Source: the human T2T-CHM13v2.0 reference genome, Homo sapiens
Assembly: GCF_009914755.1 (NCBI RefSeq)
Contig: NC_060926.1
Strand: one strand, 5' to 3'
Length of the DNA stretch: 64,000 nt
Shown: in pieces, positions 13,109 to 24,723 of the stretch
Layout: every line of letters starts with the position of its first letter
How positions within the stretch are numbered: position 1 is the stretch's first letter
Translations under genes and position numbers: made by a program
The notes under the pieces: generated by a model
Database searches by the model: none
Told to the model about the DNA's origin: nothing
What the model saw: the letters and a program-made list of their open reading frames with translations, nothing else

Positions 13109-16100
13109 CAAGCTTTTAGATGTGCTGCTAGATTCAGTTTAGCAGTATTTTATTGAGGATTTTTGCATCAATGTTCATCAAAGATATTGCCCTGAAGTTT
13201 TCTTTTTTTGTTGTATCTCTGTCAGATTTTGGTGTCAGAATGATGTTGGCCTCATAGAATGAGTTAGGGAGGAGTCCCTCCTTTTTAATTGTTCAGAATA
13301 GTTTAGGTAGAAATGGTACCAGCTCTTACTTCTGGTAGAATTCAGCAGTGAATCCATCTGGTCCTGGGCTTTTTTTTTTTTTTTTTGGTTGATAGGCTAT
13401 TTATTACTGCCTCAATTTCAGAACTTGTTATTGGTATATTCAGGGATTCAATTTCTTCCTGGTTCAGTCTTGGGCGGGGGGTGTATGTGTCCAGGAATTT
13501 ACCAATTTCTTCTAGATTTTCTAGTTTATGTGCATAGAGGTGTTGAGAGTATTCTCTGATGGTTGTTTGTATTTCTGTGGGGTCAGTGGTAATATCCCCC
13601 TTATCATTTCTGGTTGTGTTTTTTTTGATTTTTCTCTATTTTCTTCTTTATCAGTCGAGCTAGTAATCTACCTATTTTATCAATTTTTTAAAAAATCCAG
13701 CTCCTGGATTTATTGATTTTTTAAAAGGGTTTTTCATGTCTCTATCTCCTTCAGTTCAGCTTCAATCTTGGTTATTTCTTGTCTTCTGCTAGCTTTGGGG
13801 TTTGTTTGCTCTTGATTCTCTAGTTCTTTTATTTGAGATGTTAGGTTGTTAACTTGAGATCTTTCTAGCTTTTTGATGTGGGCATTTAGTGCTATACATT
13901 TCGCTCTTAACACTGCTTTAGCTGCGTCTAAGAGATTCTGGTACATTGTATCTTTGTTCTTACTAGTTTCAAAGAACTTCTTAATTTCTGACTTAATTTT
14001 GTTACTCACCCAAGAGTCATTCAGGAGCAGGTCGTTCAATTTCCATGTAGTTGTGTGGTTGTCAGTGAATTTCTTAATCCTGAGTTCCAATTTAATTGTG
14101 CTGTGGTCTGAGAGACTGTTTGTTATGATTTCAGTCCCTTTGCACTTGCTGAAGAGTGTTACTTCCGATTATGTGATCAATTTTAGAGTAAGTGCCATGT
14201 GGTGATGAGAAGAGTGTATATTTTGTTGTTTTGGGGTGGAGAGTGCTGTAGATATCAAGTCAGGTCTACTTGATCGAGAGCTGAGCTCAGGTCCTGAATA
14301 TCTTTGTTGATTTTCTGTCTCAATGATGTTTCTAATATTGTCAGTAGAGTGTAAAGTCTCCCACTATTATTGTGTGGGAGTCTAAGTCTTTTTGTAGGTC
14401 TCTAAGAACTTGTTTTATGAATCTGGGAGCTCCTGTAATGGATGCATATATATTTATGATAGTTAGATCTTTTGGTTGAATTGAACCCATTACTATTACG
14501 TAATGCCTTTCTTTGTCTTTTTTTTTTTTAATCTTTTTTGGTTTAAAGTCTGTTTTGTCAGAAACTAGGATTTCAACCCCTCCTTTTTTCTGTTTTCCAT
14601 TTGCTTGGTAAATTTTTCTCCATCCTTTTATTTTGAGCCCATGTGTGTCTTTGCACATGAGCTGGGTCTCTTGAAGACAATATACCTATGGGTCTTGGCT
14701 CTTTAGCCAGCTTGCCATTCTGTGTCTTTTAACTGGGGGCATTTAGCCCATTTACATTTAAGGTTATTATTGTTATGTGTGAATTTGATCCTGTCATCAT
14801 GATGCTAGCTGGTTATTTTGTAGAGTTGTTTATGTGGTTGCTTCATAATGTCACTGGTCTGTGTACTTCTGTGTGTTTTTGTAGTGGCTGGTAATGATTT
14901 TTCCTTTCCATATTTAGTGCTTCCTTCAGGAGCTCTTGCAAGGGAGGCCTGGTGGTAATGAATTCAGTCAACATTTGCTTGTCTGAAAAGGATCTTATTT
15001 CTCCTTCACTTATAAAGCTTAGTTTGGCTGGATATGAAATTCTGGGTTGGAAATTCTTTAAGAATGTTAAATATTGGCCCCCAATCTCTTCTGGCTTGTA
15101 GGGTTTCTGCTGAGCAGTCTGCTGTTAGTCTGATGGGCTTCCCTTTGTAGGTGACCTGGGCTTTATCTCTGACTGCTCTTAACATCCTTTTTTTCCATTT
15201 CAACCTTGGAGAATCTGATGATTATGTATCTGGGGGTTGGTCTTTTCATGGAGTATCTTTCTGAGGTTCTCTGCATTTCCTGAATTTAAATGTTGGCCTT
15301 TCTAGGTTGGGGAAGTTCTTCTGGATGATATCCTGAAGTATGTTTTCCAACTTGGTTCTGTTCTCCCTGTTTCTTTCAGGTACCCCAATCAGTCGTAGCT
15401 TTGGTCTCTGCATAATCCCATATTTCTCAGAGGTTTTATTCATTTCTTTTTATTCTTTTTTATCTGTTCTTGTCTGCCTGTCTTATATCAGAAAGATAAT
15501 CTTCAAGCTCTGAGATTCTTTCTTTCACTTAGTCTATTCTGCTATTGGTACTTGTGATTACATTGTGAAGCTGTTGTGTTGTATTTTTCAGCTCCATCAG
15601 GTCAGTTATGTTCCTGTCTAAACTGGGTATTGTTGCTATCAGCTCCTGTATTGTTTTATCATGCTGCTTAGTTTTTTTTGCATTGGTTTATAACATGCTC
15701 ATTTAGCTCAGTGAAGTTTGTTATTAGTCACCTTCTGGAGCCTACTTCTGTCAATTCAGCCATCTCAGCCTCAGCCCAGTTCTGTGCCCTTGCTGGAGGG
15801 GTGTTGTAGTCATTTGAAGGAGGAGAATTACTCTGGCTTTTTGAATTTTTAGCAATTTTGCATTGATTTTTTTCTCATCTTTTTGGGCTTATCTATCTTC
15901 AATCTTTGAGGTTGCTGACCTTTGAATGGGTTTTTTTTTTTTTTTTTTTGGTGGGGCCTTTTTTGTTGATGATGTTGTTGTTGTTTTCTGTTTGTTTGTT
16001 TTTCTTTTAACAGTCAGGCTGCTCTTCCATAGGGCTGCTGTTGTTTGCTGGGGGTTTTCTCCAGACTCTAGTTGCTTCTGTACCTGGAGATATCACCAGT

Positions 16101-17278
16101 GAAGGCTGAAAAACAGCAAAGACAGCAGCCTGGTCCTTCCTCTGGAAGCCCTGTCCCAGGTGGGTACTGACCTGTTGCTGGCCCAAACCTGCCTGTAGGA
16201 GGTGGCTGGAGATCCCTGTTGGGAGGTCTCACCCAGTCAGGAGAAATGAGATTTGGGACCCACTTAAAGAATCAGTCTGGCTGCTTTTTGGTAGAGCAGG
16301 TGAGCTTCCTCTTCCAGACCATCTGTATTCTCCGAAGCTGGCAGGCTGGAGCGGCTGAGGCTACTGAACCACAGAGAGGGTGGCCCCATCTCCGGGAGCT
16401 CTGTCCAAGGGAAAGATCAGAGCTCTGTCCATAGAACCCTCGCTGGAGAGGCTGAAGCCCCCACAGGTGGGTCCTGCCCAGTGAGGAGGAATGGATCGGG
16501 GTTTTGCTTTAAGATACAGTCTGGCCATGATCTGCTAAGGCAGCTGTGCTGCTTGTGGGGGATCCTTTCTCGTCTGGACCATTTGTATTCTCCAAAGCAA
16601 GCAGTCTGGAATTGCTGAGTCTACCAAACTGCAGAGATGGTGGCTGCCCCTCCCCCTGGGAACTTGGTCCTTTCTCAGGAAGACTCCAGCCTGTTGCCAT
16701 TGGCTGGCTGGAATTCCAAACCAGTGTGTCTTAACTTGTGAGGTGCTATGGAAGCAGGGCCTGTAGAATGATGCTACTTGTCTCCCTTGATTTAACCCCC
16801 TTCCTAGGAATTTGCACAGACAAATTTCCTAACTTGCTGGGGTTCCTGGGGCCAGATTATATAAAACTGGGTCTCTGTGTGTGCCTGAGCAGCTGCTTTG
16901 CAGACTCCACACAGCTCTGTGTATCGGACACAAGGCCCTCGTGGTGTGGGCTCACAAGGGGATTTCCTGTTCTGTGGGTTGCAAGGATCTGTGGGATAAG
17001 TGTGGTTTCCTGGGCAGGATCACTCAATCACTTACTACTTCCCTTAGCTGGAGGTGGGGGTTCCTCTGGCTCCGTGCCACTCCTGGGTGGGCTGTTGCCC
17101 CACCCTGCTTTTCTTCATTTTCTGTGGGTTGAGTTGTTTGCCTCATCAGTCCCAATGCGAGAACCTGGAAATTTTAGTTGAAGGTGCTGAATTCACTCAC
17201 TTCTTTCATTCCCTTTCATGAGTGCTGTGAATCACAGCTGCTTCTAATCAGCTATCTTGGCCCCTCTGGTTTTCTAAT

Positions 17279-17330
17279 ATTTCCCATGGTCTTGTGGAAT
17301 TGAAATCACATATACATGAAGCAATTCATA
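17279..17330 (+). pseudogene. 3' half of the L1-split candidate exon (ISHGLVELKSHIHEAIH)
   Basis: Continues in frame after the second TSD copy and ends at cata|GTAAGT (17331). Confidence 0.5.
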
Positions 17331-19795
17331 GTAAGTATTTCTCCCTTTTCTGCCTGAACTATGTATGAAGGAGGTAAGTGGGTTTGAATCTGTTTTTGAG
17401 CCCAGGAAAAATTTAGCATTGTCTAAAGATAGGAAACACAGAATTCCTGATATTGCCTTGAAAGCAGGATACTATGTAAATCCACACAGAAGTTGATGGG
17501 AATTGAGGATGGAATCAGAGAGAAATTAGCAATGTTTTATATAAATTAGCACATTTCTGTAACCAGTTGGACCACTAGGGGACAACCTTTAAAATCTGGG
17601 AAGAGAAAACATGCTTTCAGAAGACAGTTTCGTGTTGGTGCAAAGAGACTCTGAGGTTAGCCCTGCCTGAAATCACTGCACTAAAATCTGTGGGGCCTGA
17701 GCCAGGGCAGGCACCACACATTGTATATTTCTAGGCGGGTCTACTTCCGAAACTGTGCCAACCAGAGAGGAGTCGTTGCTTCTTTCATTCTGTGGCCCCA
17801 AAGATTCCTTGAGAGGTCACCACCACCCGTGAGGCCCTGGGAAGGGCACGCCTAAGGATGCATTTTGCACATCAACCTGGGGATGTCCCTGGTGTAGGCA
17901 CCTCCATGTTGGCCCAGTTTTCACAGGGATCAACCACTCCTGTTAGAGTGGTGGAGATCTGTCTTGGCACAGTTCTATGGGTCCCAGGAAAGACTGATGT
18001 TTGTGGTTAAACAGAAGCGGGGGCCACAGAGCATTGAGTTATTGTCGGTATTGTCTGATTGTCCTCATGGTCGAGGAGAGAATGGCCCAGGTAGGGCTTC
18101 TGGAACATGAATCCATTCCTGCCTGTGGCTTCCAGCTAAGCAGGGCAGAGGACCCGCTGGTGTGCCAGTGGTCCAAGTTCTGTGTATCCCCTTTCAAACC
18201 TTGCTGTGGGCACTATGCTTGCAGCCCAGCTGTTTGTCAAGGATGATGCAGCACTATGGTGACAGCTCACTCAGGACCCCACTCAAACAAGCCTGGATAA
18301 GCTGGTGCTGGAGCACCCACCAGCCTGGCAATGCCTCCACATGGGGCTGGCAGCGAGCACAGCAGTCCACGGTTGCAGCAGGCACCAGTTACAGAAACTG
18401 AGGCTACTCAAATAATGTCAAGAGGAAGCCCAACTCCAACCAAATAGTTCTCCCCTGGAATGTTTCCACATCAATATGAATTAAACAACTAATTTCTAGC
18501 TTATAGAGAGGCTGCAAGAATGGTAAAAATGGGGTCTGGTTTTGTCTGTACCCACCTGAGCCGAGCTCTGTCATGCTGTCTCCCTGGGCTTCAACTGTGT
18601 CCACTCTCAAGAAGGACAGCCTGCACAGTCAAATTGGGACATTTACAGAGACTTAGCACATGTATGTAACTCTACATGTTACATGTTCTAGACCCATCTC
18701 TATACGTACATATTAAAAACCAGGCATTCATGCCACACCTCTAATTCCCTTCAACACCACAGGGCCACTCCTGTTTTCCCCGTGTTTGTGTGAGTAACTC
18801 CCTTCTTGGGTAGTGAGGAGCCTGGCTCCTGTTTTCCTCTAGTACCACTTTTACTTGAAAGTACTCGGGGCATCCTTCTCTCCCAGAACTGCATTCCTCA
18901 ATTCCTCTATATGAGACCAATCTCCACCGCCCACTGAGCTACTGCTGACGCACTTAGAATATGGATTCTTTATCAACATTTTTTTAGAACTTTTATATTT
19001 TCTCCAAGGAGAATTGGCACCATATAGCCTACTGTTGCTACATTGCTTTATCCCATTTGCTACCCATCATCAGGCACTACTTCTGGCTGAGGCTTTAAGG
19101 GGTCAACGCCCTGAGGTGTTTGCACATCTGTGGCTGAGATAGCAGAAGCCACTGGGGTATCGGAATCATCCCGCACAAGGCGCCCTTTATGGGTAATGAA
19201 CTTCTGCTGGTGCTTTAGGCATTCATTTACGTGAATTTCTCATCTTCAACATTTCCGTTTATTTATTCAGAAAAGATTTATTGAGGACTTATTAATATGA
19301 ACCAGTCACATAGATCAGATAATATGAAAAAATGTCTTTTTGCCAAACTCTAAGTTCCTAAGGATAGACAGGGCCTGTGAATTAGGTTAGTTACTGTATT
19401 CCCAGCATCTATTTGGGAATAAAACAGCAACCACGATCTCATCAGTACCTTCAGGAAGCTGATAATCTACTGGCAGATGTGGAAAGACAAACACTCCCAA
19501 TGTGATGTGAGAGAGGTGCTGCTGGCCTCCTCCCCACATCCAGTGTCGGCTGTGCTTTGAGCTGTTGTTTGGAACATTTGGCAAAATATGTGATTGGCTG
19601 ATGAAGTCTTCAAATACCAGCATCTTGGCTGAAGGTCCAGGCCAATTCTGGGAAAGCGGCGAGAGCCACGCCTAACATTGCACTTCCGGACTTGTAGCTA
19701 TAAACACGGTAGTGAGCACTGTGCACAATGCTTCAGTGTGGCATAGAAGTTACCACAAGAGGAAGGTTCAGCCTTCAATGCTGGAAGGCCAGCGG

Positions 19796-19901
19796 CTTAG
19801 CTTCCTGTGGCCACTGTTAACAAATGTTCACAAGCCCTCAACCCTGGGGTGTTAGGATTTCAAACTGAATTTTGGGGGACATCAACATTCAGCCTATCAC
19901 A
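19796..19901 (-). mobile_element. MLT1-type LTR remnant (both termini, interior deleted)
   Basis: ttagcttcctgtggccactgttaacaaatg joined to gttaggatttcaaactgaattttgggggaca..attcagcctatcaca. Confidence 0.5.
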
Positions 19902-20028
19902 TTTCTAAATGGTATAGATTAGAAAAGCACCATTACAGAATTAGTTTTGGACATTTCTGACTTTTTGTGAATAAACATTCTCAGCTTGTGGGTCAATTTG
20001 TGAATATTTCTGCTCTGGAGATAACACT

Positions 20029-20034
<6 letters not shown>

Positions 20035-20075
<41 letters not shown>

Positions 20076-20094
20076 AGACAGAGTCTTGCTCTGT
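20035..20094 (-). mobile_element. Extremely 5'-truncated Alu (~20 nt plus A42 tail)
   Basis: T42 followed by gagacagagtcttgctctgt. TSD cactgttctt at 20025-20034 and 20095-20104. Confidence 0.85.
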
Positions 20095-20739
20095 CACTGT
20101 TCTTGAAACATAATACAGGTTTGATAGTCATGCTGACCTGATACCTTTAGATGAGTTATCTAACACATTCACGATGAGGTTCAGGAAAAGTGGCTGCAGG
20201 TGACGACCCCTGGTCTCTCATCTGTACCCTCTGTGCTGTGACATTCTGGGCTTTTCTAGGTTTGTGATCTGCCCTCTGCTCGGTTCTGTACTTCATGCCT
20301 ATGGATTGAGGCCCTTGCTTGGGTTCACTTCCCCAGCATTGACAATGACACCCTTCCTGGATGTGATTCCTGGAGTTGCCTCCCCCTGGGCTCAGACGGA
20401 ATGAGCCCCTCTGCTTCCGCATCCCATCCCCAAAGCTCTGCTGCCTTTGCCCAGGAACACTCAGGAGTTAAAAGACTATGTTGGAGAGAGTTAGTTATTC
20501 AAATGAGCCCAAGTAAAGATAATTTTGGGGCCCAAACACCGGCAAAAATGCCTGAACTATATTCTTGGGGGTGCCTGGCATTCATATTCCTTTTAATTAA
20601 GGCCCCTACCAAGAAATCTGGAGGAGAATATTACATAGCTCAGGGGCCCTCAACTGCAAACAGTCTATAATATATCAGGAGGATGTTTTAATTGGAATAA
20701 AAGGGGCAAATCTTCAAACATTACATGTTTAATTTATAG

Positions 20740-20894
20740 GTTGGTTGAATCACCCAAGTTCAATAATGTCCCATAATTTCTCATCACCCCCAGAGAGTAT
20801 TCTCTTGGATGAAGATGATTTTCTTACCAGGAGTGCACACTCAGCTCATCCTCTCCTCCTCGTGGTCTGTTCTCTGCTTCCTGCTAATGCGCAG
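20740..20894 (+). pseudogene. Candidate exon (phase-1 start), S-WLNHPSSIMSHNFSSPPESILLDEDDFLTRSAHSAHPLLLVVCSLLPANAQ
   Basis: Acceptor gtttaatttatAG. Open frame equals track ORF 20745-20960 and is in phase with the 17330 donor. Donor uncertain (cag|gtttcc, weak). Confidence 0.35.
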
Positions 20895-22347
20895 GTTTCC
20901 GCCCTTTCTCTAGTTGTGCACAGAGCTGATTGGTTCTTCACGCTGGAGTTCTCACTTTGATATTTAAGTTGCTCACCGCTCTAGGGAAGGTTGTCCTTAT
21001 TTTCCACCAAGAAGAGCAGGAGGAACAGTTGGCTAACAGGGCACTCAGCAGAGAGGGTACAGGCAGGTCCCCCGGGAGCAGCAGCAAGCAATGCACACAG
21101 GAGGGAGGGCGGGTGGGTCTGCAGCACGAAGCTGCAGGATTGGGCCCTTGATTGCATTTACTTTTGTCACAGACATTTTAGGAGGTTGTTTCCTAGGTGA
21201 CTTATTACATGGTATTCTACAAAGTGACCACTTCGAAAACAGCCTGCTTGGTTTTGAGGGTGGAGGTCATATTGAAGTGCTTATGGGGGGCTGTGAATCA
21301 CACTGTTTATTATGAAGTGTGTACTTCAAATGGGTGCCCCTGCCCCCCGCAACCCAGGATGGCACCTTCACTATGGGAAAAGATGTTGGGTTAAATAGCA
21401 GTTTTAAACAAACAGACCCAGAGATAATGGTGCACCCAAGGAGACAGGCTTTAATTGGCAATCTTTGGTTGCTGAAAAACCAACTTTGGTCTAACCTAGC
21501 CCTAAAACTCAAGCAAATGACAACAGCAAACCCACATAGTCTATGACGTAACATGCCCCTGAAGACCTGCCCTCCACCTTACCTATTTGGCATATGTCAT
21601 AATGCAGCGAGAGCAGAATAACAGAACAGAAAAACGAGAGTGGATTAAAGTAAAAGATTTGTTTCTGTGGTAATCGAGAGGCTTCTAAAACATGTCCACT
21701 GCCCAGTAGTGGGTGCATTCCAGCGGGAATCCATCATGGATGGTGTGCGAGGCATCTCGGGCCTTAGGCTTATGGAGATTTGTTGAATGAATATTACATG
21801 AAAAGATATAGTGCATCACTGAACTGTAGGCCTGATTTTTCTGAGAAATGTTTAAAATGTATTCCCAAAGAACTGCCATATAAAAACAGGGGGCTTATAG
21901 CATTACAACAGAAGAAACAAAATATAAATAAAACGGGTCTGTCATCATTCATGACCTTCACGACTGGCTTCTGGCTTCTCAAGGTGGATTTTCCTGCTGG
22001 GACAAGCTACTATATAGTCAATGGGCTAAGACACAGTTTCAGACGCCCATTCGGGCTCAATTCTCATTACCTAGTGAGAGAAATCTGTCATGTAAGTGGC
22101 ATGGTGCTGCTTACTCTTGACCTAGAAGGGAGGTAAACATCAATTTTTAGCTTATGACATAGAACAGCTGGGAACACCAGAAAATGGGTTCTTTCAGATA
22201 TCATATTTCTTAAATATAAGACTACGTTTAAATATAACTGAAAACAACAACTTCCGTAGTATCATTTTCAGAGTACCAAAGTAAAGGCTGCTCTTCTTCC
22301 CCTTCCTCTTTCTCAGTTACAATCATTTAATTAAAAAAGAAAGCACT

Positions 22348-22787
<440 letters not shown>

Positions 22788-22943
22788 CTACTCTCAAAGC
22801 CAAGTGTGCAGAGCCCCCAGCTGCTTGTGCTGAGGTTAAGACTTCTTTCCTGATTCCTCACAGCTGGGCATCCCAGAGACACCCTTCCTCTATCAGAACT
22901 TCTCTGTGGGCTGCCTACACCGTGCTCAGAGTCAAAAAGGTGG

Positions 22944-23256
<313 letters not shown>

Positions 23257-24109
23257 CAGGTGGAAGTTTGGTTAATCTTTAAATAGAGTTTTGAGTTCTT
23301 TGATCATATCCCTTACTGTTGAAGTTCAGGATACAGTGCCATTATTTCAGTGAAGTTTTCAGCATAGTAGCTTCAAATCGTTCACATTCGGCAGAGATAA
23401 ACCTGTATGGAACTCACTCAGTCTTTTAGGAAATTCTGGAGGACCAGAAGGCAAGGCGATTCTGTCCTGCTAATGAGGCCAACTTGAAAAGGGCAGGAGC
23501 AGAGCCCCTGTACCAACCTCCAGAACCACCCTGGAGATGCCTGGGACAGGCAGACTCACCCCTTGCTGGTACTAAAGAGAGAACAGCCTCAGAATTAAAT
23601 TAGCAAAGAACAAAAATAAATAAATCAACCCAAGTTACCTAGAGATATTGTGCAAAAGCAGAGGGAGGGACATGGAAGTGCACTTTTTGTTTTTGCATTG
23701 CCCCTTGGTACTTCATAGAGGGTACAGTGAAGACCTCCAGGCTGGGAGCCGATCCTTGCCTTGAGGGCGAGTCCACTGGGTGGGGCTGCACAGAGCCCTG
23801 GCCCAGTGGTGTGCTCAATGGAGTGAGCTTTAGCACATTACAAATGCAGGCCATTCTCTGAGTGATGACCCTGTGGACATGTGATTAAGGAGAGATGTCT
23901 CAGTTCACTTTCCTAGTAAGGTCTCTAAATCCGGTCAAGGTAAAACCAATGTTGTAGATTCAGGTGAAAAGATTTTGTTCAAGGAAAAGAATCTGGCCCT
24001 GTTTAGAGAGAGACATTCAATGGAATTTATTTACTATGCCATAATTCCACAGGAGAGCACTTCCATGACTTAGTGGGGAAAAAGAAGGGAAGCTAGCTCA
24101 TTGATGATG

Positions 24110-24275
24110 TTTTACATTGATTTTATGTTTAAGTGATCATATTTTTGTGTATATTGGGTTAACTACAAACTATATAATTAAAATTAATTTTGACTCTTTC
24201 TACTTTCTAAGATGTGGCTATTAGAAAATTAAAACCTGTGTGGCTCACGCAATATTTCTACTGGACAGCCATGCT
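24110..24275. mobile_element. MER33/MER3-like hAT-Charlie fragment
   Basis: atattgggttaa..attaaaattaatttt..atgtggctattagaaaatt..gtggctcac..atatttctactggacagc. Confidence 0.7.
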
Positions 24276-24339
24276 TTAGAGGCATTTGCTCATTGGAATT
24301 TCATTCAGAGGTTGAGGGTGGAGCTGTCTGGGAGGGTTT

Positions 24340-24482
24340 TCCTCCTTTCTTCCCTCTCTCCATCTTGCCTCCCTTCTTCCCTCCGTTTTTCCCTCCCTTC
24401 CTCCCTCTCTTCCTTCCCTCCCTTCTGCTTCCATTCCTCCCTTACTCTTTCTTCTCCTCTTTCTCCCCTTCTCTCTTCTTTC
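24340..24482 (+). repeat. CT-rich low-complexity tract
   Basis: Near-pure polypyrimidine sequence. Confidence 0.85.
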
Positions 24483-24723
24483 CTGGCCTGGTATCCTGGG
24501 ATAACTTGTTCATACCCACCCTAGTGCTTGCTCTCCAATTTACAGCTGAATTGGAGAATTATCGGTGAAGGAGCCACTCAAAGATTAACTTGCAATTTTT
24601 TGCAAACTGTTGAAGCTTAGCAGAGAGGCTTGGCTCTGGGTACTCGGAGGACAAAATCTCTTCCATAGTGAAGGGAATGCCCACCCCTGCCTCACCAGTT
24701 TTCTTACACAGTCCCATGTCTTT

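Larger units (their letters stand above)
4602..17266 (-). mobile_element. Full-length L1PA (PA8A/PA10-like, ~6.5 kb: 4602-6980 and 13110-17266) containing a nested ~6.1-kb insertion
   Basis: 3' UTR at 4602-4900. Degenerate ORF2 (track ORFs 4888-6868, 13734-14658), ORF1 remnants (15006-15443), and 5' end agctgcttctaatcagctatcttggcccctc at 17266. TSD tgatttttctaat / tggttttctaat. Confidence 0.93.

Noticed and set aside
17568-17586. CTCF-like motif ccactaggggaca (also cactagaggcagc at ~59876)
   Set aside because: Mismatch or gap at core positions; a motif alone is insufficient
2335-21546. By-eye resemblance of the joined peptide to GREB1/GREB1L (L.E..SL..G...E.FE..V; HPRR..L.G), to Slo/KCNT RCK regions and to dynein AAA4
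   Set aside because: Alignments are from memory. Several unrelated families fit about equally, some fits use mutually exclusive overlapping frames, and intron positions do not seem to match. No family is assigned without a profile search.
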